From an uncultured Candidatus Saccharibacteria bacterium (GTDB lineage Bacteria; Patescibacteriota; Saccharimonadia; Saccharimonadales; Saccharimonadaceae): DNA of 64,000 nucleotides. The stretch spans positions 4,716 through 68,715 of the forward strand of contig CAMYZS010000003.1 in the NCBI GenBank assembly GCA_947303945.1. The letters run 5' to 3'. Under the pieces are notes generated by a model. It did no database searches and had not been told where the DNA came from. It worked only from the letters and a program-made list of their open reading frames with translations. The translations under genes and the position numbers were made by a program. The number at the start of each line of letters is the position of its first letter. Position 1 is the stretch's first letter. This document shows positions 9,876-17,786 of the stretch, one piece after another.

Positions 9876-11870
9876 TTAAAAGTCCAAATCATCCAGATTA
9901 ACCGTCGCTGCTCTAGACTGGATAAAGTTTTTACGTAATTCCGCTTCACTTCCCATTAGCTTCGTAAATATAGCGTCTGCCTTCTCGGCGTCTTCAATAT
10001 TAACCCGAATTAACGTACGGTTTTTTGGGTTCATGGTCGTCTCCCAAAGCTGAGCCGCATCCATCTCGCCAAGACCCTTAAAGCGTTGCTGCGATGTATA
10101 GCCAGCCTGCTTGAAACGTTCATCTTCTGGATTAATTTTCGTGCCAGCCGCCTTACGCTCTTCGATTCTTTTCGTCAAAGTATGCTCAAGCGCTTCTTCG
10201 TTATATACGTATTCGATTTTACGACCACTACCTGTACCCTTAATTAGACCAAATAGCGGCGGCTTCGCAAGATAAACGTGCCCCGCCTTAATTACCTCTG
10301 GCATATAACGGAAGAAGAACGTCAAAAGCAAGGTTGAAATATGCGCACCATCAACATCCGCATCTGTCATAAACACAATTTTATGATAACGAAGACCATT
10401 AATATCGAACTGTTCGCCAATTCCCACTCCCAGGGCTTTAATTAACGATACAATCTCAGCATTGGCAAACATCTTATCTAGGCGCGCACGTTCTGTATTA
10501 AGCACTTTACCGCGCAAAGGCAATACCGCCTGAATCTTACTATCGCGCCCCTCCTTAGCGGAACCGGCCGCCGAATTACCCTCTACGATAAATAGTTCAC
10601 ACTCTGTACGGTCACGCGATGAGCAATCGGTTAATTTCGACGGCAGATTTAAGCCTTCAAAAGCCCCCTTACGAATCACATTATCACGTGCTGCCCGCGC
10701 TGCCTTGCGCGCCCGCGCCGCCAGAGTTGCCTTGTTAACAATCTTCTTTGCAACATCTGGATGCTCCTCAAGGTAGTATGCAAAATATTCGCTCATTACC
10801 TTATCGGTATATCCACGCACCTCTGGATTACCGAGCTTATTCTTAGTCTGCCCCTCAAACTGCGGATCTGGCAATTTTACCAAGATAACCGCCGTTAAAC
10901 CTTCTTTGATATCGTCGCCAGTCAGATTGTCGTCTTTCTCTTTTAGGAGGCCGTTCTTGCGTGCATAGTCATTAATCGTACGATTCAAAGCCGTACGAAA
11001 ACCAACCACATGCGTACCGCCATCTGGCGTCAAAACGTTATTCACGAATGGTCGTATTGTTTCAGCAAAAGTATCATTATATTGAACTGAAATTTCAACA
11101 ATGATATCCTCGATTGGCTTCTCGACATAAAACACATCATCGGAAACCACTTCTTTCCCCTCATTCAAGCGACGCACATAGCTTTTAATGCCACCTTCAA
11201 AATAGAAAGATTCACTCTTACCCGTACGCTCATCGTGTACACAAGTTAAAATACCCTTCGTGAGATAAGCTTGATGACGTAAATAGTTTACTACCCAATC
11301 ATAGTCGAATACCGTCGTCTCCTTAAAAACCTCTGCATCTGGATAGAAAGTAATCATCGTGCCTTGTTTTTCCGTCTTACCAGTTACGGCGAACGGGACG
11401 ACAGTCTTACCTTTTTCGAATTCAATATGGTGAATTTTGCCATCTTTGTATACTTCTGCAATCATCCGATTCGACAAGGCGTTTACTACCGAAGAGCCAA
11501 CGCCATGTAAACCAGATGACACCTTGTAGCCACCCCCACCAAATTTACCACCCGCATTTAAAACACTAAGAACGGTCTCTAATGCCGACATCTTTGTTTT
11601 TGGATGAATATCTACCGGAATACCACGACCATCATCGACAACACGGCAGCCGCCATCGGACAATAATGTAACCTCAACGCGAGTTGCATATCCTGCAATC
11701 GCCTCATCAATCGAGTTATCCGCAATCTCCTTTACGAGATGATGTAAACCATCATAACCAGTCGATCCGATATACATCCCTGGGCGCTTTCGCACGTGTT
11801 CCAAACCATCGAGAACCTGAATATCCTTTGCGCCATATTCGTCAGCGCCGGACTTTTTCTTTTCAGCCAT
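9876..11870 (-). CDS. gyrB: DNA gyrase subunit B
   Basis: 664 aa with IQVLDGLEHVRKRPGMYIGS, GHKL ATPase and Toprim (ELFIVEGNSAGGSAK) motifs. It sits immediately upstream of gyrA. Confidence 0.98.
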   Translation of the reverse strand: MAEKKKSGADEYGAKDIQVLDGLEHVRKRPGMYIGSTGYDGLHHLVKEIADNSIDEAIAGYATRVEVTLLSDGGCRVVDDGRGIPVDIHPKTKMSALETVLSVLNAGGKFGGGGYKVSSGLHGVGSSVVNALSNRMIAEVYKDGKIHHIEFEKGKTVVPFAVTGKTEKQGTMITFYPDAEVFKETTVFDYDWVVNYLRHQAYLTKGILTCVHDERTGKSESFYFEGGIKSYVRRLNEGKEVVSDDVFYVEKPIEDIIVEISVQYNDTFAETIRPFVNNVLTPDGGTHVVGFRTALNRTINDYARKNGLLKEKDDNLTGDDIKEGLTAVILVKLPDPQFEGQTKNKLGNPEVRGYTDKVMSEYFAYYLEEHPDVAKKIVNKATLAARARKAARAARDNVIRKGAFEGLNLPSKLTDCSSRDRTECELFIVEGNSAAGSAKEGRDSKIQAVLPLRGKVLNTERARLDKMFANAEIVSLIKALGVGIGEQFDINGLRYHKIVFMTDADVDGAHISTLLLTFFFRYMPEVIKAGHVYLAKPPLFGLIKGTGSGRKIEYVYNEEALEHTLTKRIEERKAAGTKINPEDERFKQAGYTSQQRFKGLGEMDAAQLWETTMNPKNRTLIRVNIEDAEKADAIFTKLMGSEAELRKNFIQSRAATVNLDDLDF

Positions 11871-11972
11871 TTTATGCTTACCTCAACTTGATATTTAATA
11901 CATATATAATAATATGTTATTTTCTCTATAAAATCAAGTATAAGGCCTCTATTTTCGCGTCTAAGGGCTCTC

Positions 11973-14900
11973 TCATCGCCAGCGCAGTACAGTACCGTCT
12001 TCATCGCTTTGAGACACCGTAACGCCGCTCTGATTGGCTTGTTTTTGTGGTTGAACTTTTGGCGCAGGTGCATTTGGAACCGCTACTGCTTCTTGACTAA
12101 CATTTAGAACTTTCCGTGGCTTATGGTGAATTTTTATCTTTGCATTCGACTTTAGAATATCGTCGGTATCCATTTTGTTCTTCTCCATAGTTGTACCTGC
12201 CGCATTTTCTGTTGCTACCGCCGTCCAAGACGACCCTGTCGACATTTCATTTAACTCCTCAGCCGCTTCAAGCTTACGCGCGTTTGTATCATGCTGGATA
12301 ATCGTCTCCGACGAATTCTTAACCGACTCTACCGAAGCTAAGGCTGGCTCTACTGTGGACAACGGTCCTGAAGCTGGCATAGATACTAAGTCTGGCGCAG
12401 GCTCCGATATTTGTGTAGCTAATGGTGTCGACATTGGCGCTAGTGTCGTTGTAGGCGTAGATGTAGACGTAGGCGTAGATGTAGACGTAGGCGCGAGCGT
12501 AGGCACTGGCACCAAGCTCGGCGCTGCTACCGAATCTGACATCGTCGCCATAGGCCTCGACGACGCCGTAGTTGGCGTTTTGGCTGTCGGCTTCGACGCC
12601 GAAACCGAAGCACCGCCACTAGCAACTTTATTCGCCTCCATCGCCTGAACCCCCTCTTCGCGACTCTTCTTCGCTAAGCTCGCCTTCTTCTCCAGCCATG
12701 AATCCAAAAAGTTCTTCTTTGGCTTCTCTGTCGGCTTTGGTGCACCACTCCTTACGCCAGCCGACGCCGCATCTGCCGCACCGCCATTTTTCGCCGCCGG
12801 ATCTTCATCCGTCGCCGCTAAACGTGCATCAATCTCCGCCTCAACCTCCGCACGTGGTCGACCATACCTCGACAAGGCATAGGCCTTCATCTTCTGCATC
12901 AATTCGTCATTATCTTCACCCATCGGCGGCAAAGATTTCATCGTAAATGGACTGGTCGGCGTATCAAACATCATTACCGTCGCAATCCAGTTAAAGTTCG
13001 GTTGTTTATGCAAATCTTCTGCATTAAATACTGGCGAGAATGCCTTCTCCATCAACTCAGCATCGGTTACGCCAATACGACCAGACATCAAAGTACCAAC
13101 GTTACCAAGCAAGGCTTCACGAATCTTATCCGTCAGCTGCGTCATGAACTGGTTCGCCAAGATCAAGTTCAAACGGTATTTGCGGGCCTCAGACAGAATC
13201 GACTCAAAGCTCTCTGTTGCGAAGTTCTGAAACTCATCTACGAAGAGACAGAAGTCGACACGTTCATCTTCTGGCGTATCCTGACGGCTCATAGCTGCAG
13301 CCTGGAACTTCATGACGAAGATCATACCCAAAAGCTTTGCGTTTAATTCACCAGTTTTACCCTTTGAAAGGTTCACTAAGAGAATCTTCTTATTGTCCAT
13401 GATTTCGCGAATGTTAAAGCCTGACTTGGTCTGTCCCAAGATATTACGCATCATCTTGTTCGATAGGAATGGACCCCACTTCGATACGAACCAGCTCGTC
13501 ACCTCACCTGCATCGTTCGACTTCTGCGAAGCTGGGAACTCTTTCGTCCAGTAATCATATACTGTTTTATCTGTTACGTACGGCAACTTTGACTTCACAA
13601 AATCTGCATCAATAAAACAGCGCGGAATATCAATAAAAGTGCCGCCCGCCGGATCACTCATGAGTAACAATGCCGCATTGCGAAACATATGCTGCGCGCG
13701 CGGACCAAAGATGCCTTGGTTGCCCGGGTCATACAACGAGGTCAGCATATTAATGCCTTCCTGCACGATAAAGTCTTTCTGATCCTCAGTCTGGAATTCA
13801 AACATGTTCATACCGACCGGATTATCCATATTGCCCGGCTCGAACAGGATCACATCATCCATACGCTCTCGTGGCACGCGGCTCAATAGCCACTCAACAG
13901 CATCACCGTGCGGATCAATGAAACAGAAACCACGTCCATCGCACATATCCTGGTATGCCAAGTTCTCCAAAAGTACGGATTTACCAGAGCCCGTAGCACC
14001 AATTGCATAAGTATGGCGGCGACGATCCTTTTCGCGTAAGCGGATCACTTTCTTTTCGCCGCGGAATTCATTTACACCCAAGACGATACCATCTTCGGCT
14101 AGCTTTGCTGGACCATCCACCTGTTTTACTGCCTGACGTTCTACTTGTGAGGTTGGAATTGCATTCTGTGCTGGTAGATGGAATAAACTCGCCATCTCTA
14201 CACTATTCAAAACCAAGCTCTTGTAAGTCTGAGGAAAAATCCTCAACACATAATCACGCGCTAAGTCCTCTGCCCTAGTCAGCGCATCGTAGCGAAAGCC
14301 ATTATATTGCGGCAAATCAAACTGTGAGAAAATCGATACCACCCCACCAAGCAATGACTCTGAACGCACTTTGCTTGACGAGCTCGCTACTATCCGTATT
14401 AAAACTTCAAAACCAGGATATTTAGTTTTTTCTTCAATTTTCTGAATTTCTTCTTGCTGTAAGTTAGTTAAGACTTTATCCTCGTTTTGATATTTATCGT
14501 GTTCACTCGGCGGTTCCCATAATGCGCGCGCCACATCGCCGACTAAATTACCAGCATTGTATACAACACGATTAATTAAATTACCCGTGCCACTTCGCCA
14601 TTTTTTACCATCCTTTATATTTTGTACTCGCGATAATGATTTTGTTACCCAACTACCATCAGTCGGACGGAACATAATCTGCAAGCCAATCCCATCGCCT
14701 TTCTTCGCTACCGACATAGCGTTAATCAAGCCTAGCGCCACATCGCGCTTCGTGTCCTCATAAGTAGCAATTGGATACCAATAATCCTCCTTCATACGCA
14801 ATTCACCCCCCGCAACAGTACTGATCTTCCCTTCCGCACTAAAGAAGTTGGGGTCCGCCACCTCCTCCAGACGTGCTGTCGGGTATGCCGCTGTAATCGC

Positions 14901-15272
14901 CTGCTTAATCGTTTCCGTCAAAACTGCCGGCACGACTGCATAATACTTAATAAGACCATCATGAGCCACAATCTCAAAACTAATATGCTTCTGTCCATAC
15001 AATTTCGCCTTCAGACCCTTCTTTAAAGTCGAAGAAATAATACTATACATCACCTGCGCCTCGGAAATCTGCTCGTTAATAACGTCGCGCTCATCGCGCC
15101 CGCCCACTTCAATATCGTCCGTACTCGGCGGAAGATGAATCAACATCGGCACCATCTTCAAGGCGCGCGCAATATTCTTCCTATCACGCTTACCGCCAGC
15201 CCAAATTTTCCATACGATTACCAAAAAAACAATTACTCCAACACCAAGAGCAACCATTTGCCAAATGTCCAT
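11973..15272 (-). CDS. TraD/TraG/VirD4-like (type IV coupling protein family) membrane P-loop ATPase with a long Ser/Thr/Pro/Ala-rich C-terminal tail
   Basis: 1099 aa. It has an N-terminal TM segment, Walker A YAIGATGSGKS, the Walker B-like FCLFVDEFQNF, and SEARKYRLNLILANQ as in TraD/VirD4/HerA-type ATPases. The last ~330 aa are low complexity (PTSTSTPTSTSTPTTT). Confidence 0.65.
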   Translation of the reverse strand: MDIWQMVALGVGVIVFLVIVWKIWAGGKRDRKNIARALKMVPMLIHLPPSTDDIEVGGRDERDVINEQISEAQVMYSIISSTLKKGLKAKLYGQKHISFEIVAHDGLIKYYAVVPAVLTETIKQAITAAYPTARLEEVADPNFFSAEGKISTVAGGELRMKEDYWYPIATYEDTKRDVALGLINAMSVAKKGDGIGLQIMFRPTDGSWVTKSLSRVQNIKDGKKWRSGTGNLINRVVYNAGNLVGDVARALWEPPSEHDKYQNEDKVLTNLQQEEIQKIEEKTKYPGFEVLIRIVASSSSKVRSESLLGGVVSIFSQFDLPQYNGFRYDALTRAEDLARDYVLRIFPQTYKSLVLNSVEMASLFHLPAQNAIPTSQVERQAVKQVDGPAKLAEDGIVLGVNEFRGEKKVIRLREKDRRRHTYAIGATGSGKSVLLENLAYQDMCDGRGFCFIDPHGDAVEWLLSRVPRERMDDVILFEPGNMDNPVGMNMFEFQTEDQKDFIVQEGINMLTSLYDPGNQGIFGPRAQHMFRNAALLLMSDPAGGTFIDIPRCFIDADFVKSKLPYVTDKTVYDYWTKEFPASQKSNDAGEVTSWFVSKWGPFLSNKMMRNILGQTKSGFNIREIMDNKKILLVNLSKGKTGELNAKLLGMIFVMKFQAAAMSRQDTPEDERVDFCLFVDEFQNFATESFESILSEARKYRLNLILANQFMTQLTDKIREALLGNVGTLMSGRIGVTDAELMEKAFSPVFNAEDLHKQPNFNWIATVMMFDTPTSPFTMKSLPPMGEDNDELMQKMKAYALSRYGRPRAEVEAEIDARLAATDEDPAAKNGGAADAASAGVRSGAPKPTEKPKKNFLDSWLEKKASLAKKSREEGVQAMEANKVASGGASVSASKPTAKTPTTASSRPMATMSDSVAAPSLVPVPTLAPTSTSTPTSTSTPTTTLAPMSTPLATQISEPAPDLVSMPASGPLSTVEPALASVESVKNSSETIIQHDTNARKLEAAEELNEMSTGSSWTAVATENAAGTTMEKNKMDTDDILKSNAKIKIHHKPRKVLNVSQEAVAVPNAPAPKVQPQKQANQSGVTVSQSDEDGTVLRWR
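12451..12504. repeat. 18-bp tandem repeat (2 perfect + 1 degenerate copy) inside the low-complexity tail of the ATPase
   Basis: gtaggcgtagatgtagac occurs at 12451-12468 and 12469-12486, followed by a diverged copy. It encodes STSTPT units on the minus strand. Confidence 0.8.
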
Positions 15273-15273
15273 C

Positions 15274-15756
15274 TTAATTACTCCCCACCCCGTTTAGACC
15301 ATCGCCTAATTTACGGCCAAAGGCTTTCCCCATCATATCCCAACGTGCGATATCCATCTCCTGCACTAAGCGAAATGGGTCCTTACGACTTCGCTCTACA
15401 ATGCGCTGCACCGCCTTCTCGTAGGCTTTCGGTAACGATTCCGCATTCCTCTGTATCTTAATCTCGCTTAACTTCGCTATTACCTCATCATCTTTCTTCT
15501 CATTTTCATCTTTACTATCATCCTTAGCTGGCTGTGTCGCTGTCTGCTCTTTCGGCTGCATCTCCCCACTTATTTCCGCCGAATTATCATCATCTATTAA
15601 CTCAGCCGGCATCTCGATTTGCGGTTTTAAATCTTCACGAGAATCAGCGAAAGCATCAAAAACATCTTCTGGAACATTAACCGAAGAAATCTCTTGAGCG
15701 TCAAAAACACCTCTATTATCGGCCACTTCACCGCTATTTTTGACCTGATTATCCAT
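15274..15756 (-). CDS. Hypothetical acidic protein (operon partner of the ATPase)
   Basis: 160 aa, strongly acidic (D/E rich). Its stop abuts the start of the 1099-aa gene (15272/15274). Confidence 0.6.
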   Translation of the reverse strand: MDNQVKNSGEVADNRGVFDAQEISSVNVPEDVFDAFADSREDLKPQIEMPAELIDDDNSAEISGEMQPKEQTATQPAKDDSKDENEKKDDEVIAKLSEIKIQRNAESLPKAYEKAVQRIVERSRKDPFRLVQEMDIARWDMMGKAFGRKLGDGLNGVGSN

Positions 15757-15769
15757 AAGTACTATTGTA

Positions 15770-16225
15770 TCATAAAACGTTATGAGAAACTAAGAAACAA
15801 AACAAGATTTCCAACGCAACGATTGCTACAACTTCATAAATCAACAAACCGCCAAATGACTGTCCAATTAGCAAGAACAATGGCGCAAGCGCAATTATCG
15901 GCCCATAATAATAACTCTTCTTTTTTATATTCCCTGCCGTCGCCTTATTAAGCCGCGCTTTCAGAATAAAAAATAGCCTGCAGCCAAAAACTGCAAGCCC
16001 AAGACAAAGAACGTACACAAGTGTAAAAAATACTAGAACACCTGAGGCACCCACCCCGCCCGGGCTAGTCAAAAACATCATCGTCAGAAGAAAGAAGAAA
16101 GCGACAACACTGGCAATCAACAATAACTTATCCATAAGCGAATTATAACACAGAAGCAAATAAACCGCCCCCTTCTCCTGCCCTTCGCTCATCGCGCGAA
16201 AGATAAGTGCTATCAGTCCACTCAA
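15770..16225 (-). CDS. Hypothetical polytopic membrane protein (start uncertain)
   Basis: 151 aa with about 4 hydrophobic segments. The track start is TTG; alternative ATG starts lie downstream (for example 16192). It sits 13 nt upstream of the acidic protein gene. Confidence 0.55.
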   Translation of the reverse strand: MSGLIALIFRAMSEGQEKGAVYLLLCYNSLMDKLLLIASVVAFFFLLTMMFLTSPGGVGASGVLVFFTLVYVLCLGLAVFGCRLFFILKARLNKATAGNIKKKSYYYGPIIALAPLFLLIGQSFGGLLIYEVVAIVALEILFCFLVSHNVL

Positions 16226-17094
16226 ACAATAATTGCTTTCTTCCCCAACAAGACATGGGCTAAAGGTAGAGGAGTTTATCCGGCAAATATATACATTACT
16301 TATAGCCGCAAACTTATTCTCTACCCCTAGCTTTATTGACCGCCTCTCGTATAGAGAGGCATAGTCCTTGCAAATCTCCGTACTTCTCTTTTCGGGTATC
16401 TAATGTGCTAGTCGTATCGTCGATTTACGCGCTCTACGCTCCTTACCTCTCGGTAAGTCTTTGGCGGAGCTTAGCTTACTCCTAGGTTGTAATTTATGGC
16501 TAGAAATAAGCTATTACTACGCCAAATTCTCTACACAACCTCTTTTTTGTTTTTGTGCTGTTTGTTTTGATTAAGCACATCCTCAATATAGCAAATTAAC
16601 TTAAGAATGTCAATAATGTTTACGCATAAATCGTATGTGTTTTTTACAACATATACCATATTAACAGATACAAATAGCTCATAGAACACTGATGTAATTA
16701 TTACAACAGCATATTGAATCATTATATATAATGATATTTATACTAGCTTAACCTAAGCTACACTTCTCCCTACCACATCGCCGTACACTACGTTGTTAAT
16801 AATAAAATACGAAATAAAAATCCTCCACGCCTTCCAATCTCGCGTTGATCTTCATGCCTCCCTAGCCTAAACTATCTAAGTATTTTTAACATAAACAGAT
16901 TGAGGTACCATATGGACATAATTTACGTCACGCTCTGCATCGTAACCATGCTATATAAATAACTGCAAAAAGCCCCAGTGCCGTACGACAACTGCTCTTT
17001 CCAATGCATTTTAAACTCTCATATCTGCATTTTCGGCTATTTTGTATAATATTATTCCACAAATAATGCTGTAAAAAACACAACGTATTTTCTA

Positions 17095-17123
17095 TTGACA
17101 TGAGCATTTTAAAGCTTTATTAT
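17095..17123 (+). promoter_or_regulatory. Near-consensus promoter of a candidate sRNA
   Basis: TTGACA (17095-17100), 17 nt, TATTAT (17118-17123). Confidence 0.5.
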
Positions 17124-17129
17124 AGAGGT

Positions 17130-17250
17130 AGCTTTTGAATAAAATTATTATCCAGAGGCCAAAAACAAACATTGATTCCAAAAATATAACTCCACACTCC
17201 ACACACAGAAGATCCGGTTTTCCTCGCAGTTACCGGATCTTCACTTTTTT
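17130..17250 (+). ncRNA. Candidate small RNA (about 120 nt), unknown family
   Basis: The promoter above is followed ~80 nt later by a strong terminator: 11 bp stem gaagatccggt (17208-17218) / accggatcttc (17232-17242) plus TTTTTT (17245-17250). The only ORF (17135-17344, TTG start, no RBS) reads through the terminator. The body is CA-rich (ccacacuccacacaca). Confidence 0.4.
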
Positions 17251-17329
17251 GTCAAAATTACATCAAAAATCGCCTAAATGGGTGTTCTTTCCTTTCGAAG
17301 CGCGTCTTATCGACGAACAAATAAAGAAA

Positions 17330-17353
17330 AAAACGCCCAAATAGGCGATTTTT
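17330..17353 (-). terminator. Weak hairpin plus T7 run 3' of tmRNA
   Basis: Minus strand reads CGCC-tatttg-GGCG followed by TTTTTTT. The stem is only 4 GC pairs. Confidence 0.35.
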
Positions 17354-17721
17354 TGGTGGAGCTGCCGGATACTGCCTCCGGGTCCGAACTACCTCTGGTA
17401 TGTAATCTACGGACATAGTTCATTCTTTTCATCTCGACAAACTCACTAGAGCTGGAATAAACAAAACTCGAGCAATGTCATGACTGATTTTTCGTGCTGA
17501 TCTCTGTCAAAAGGTCAACCTTATTACCATATGTATGATATTATCCGAAGTTATGGTATCTCACCGAGGATAACAGACCTAGCAATATCTTAGGCCAAAG
17601 CGTAAGCAGGCATATAAGCTACATGCTTACTAGCAGTTTTGTCTGCATTTATGAAAACACTTACGGTGTTAATCGATCCGCATACATACTGTTAATAATC
17701 CGTCTAAGCTTTGTCAGCCCC
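17354..17721 (-). ncRNA. ssrA: tmRNA (transfer-messenger RNA)
   Basis: The minus strand begins GGGGCTGACAAAGC and ends TCCGGCAGCTCCACCA. The acceptor stem GGGGCUG/CAGCUCC has G3:U70. The tag frame (17646-17590) reads GCA GAC AAA ... TTG GCC TAA = ADKTASKHVAYMPAYALA*. Confidence 0.9.
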
Positions 17722-17732
17722 AACTAATCAAT

Positions 17733-17761
17733 ATTTTATCGCACTCACGCTTTAAAAGCAA
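17733..17761 (-). promoter_or_regulatory. Candidate tmRNA promoter
   Basis: Minus strand reads TTGCTT (17761-17756), 17 nt, TAAAAT (17738-17733). It lies 11 nt upstream of the mature 5' end. Confidence 0.4.
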
Positions 17762-17786
17762 GATTCCACCCCCGTATACTACCCAT

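Noticed and set aside
11871-11972. Replication origin near gyrB/gyrA
   Set aside because: No cluster of DnaA boxes (TTATCCACA-like) or adjacent dnaA/dnaN is visible in the intergenic regions around the gyrase genes.
12175-12648. 157-aa plus-strand ORF antisense to the ATPase tail
   Set aside because: It is a mirror image of the repetitive STPA-coding region, a shadow ORF.
16912-16962. 16-codon hydrophobic ORF (MDIIYVTLCIVTMLYK) with GAGG 6 nt upstream, considered as a type I toxin
   Set aside because: It is too short, with no obvious antisense RNA, promoter or terminator pairing. It cannot be supported from sequence alone.
17135-17344. 69-aa ORF as a protein gene
   Set aside because: It has a TTG start without an RBS and reads through an 11 bp terminator hairpin plus T-run. 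The region is better explained as an sRNA plus spacer.
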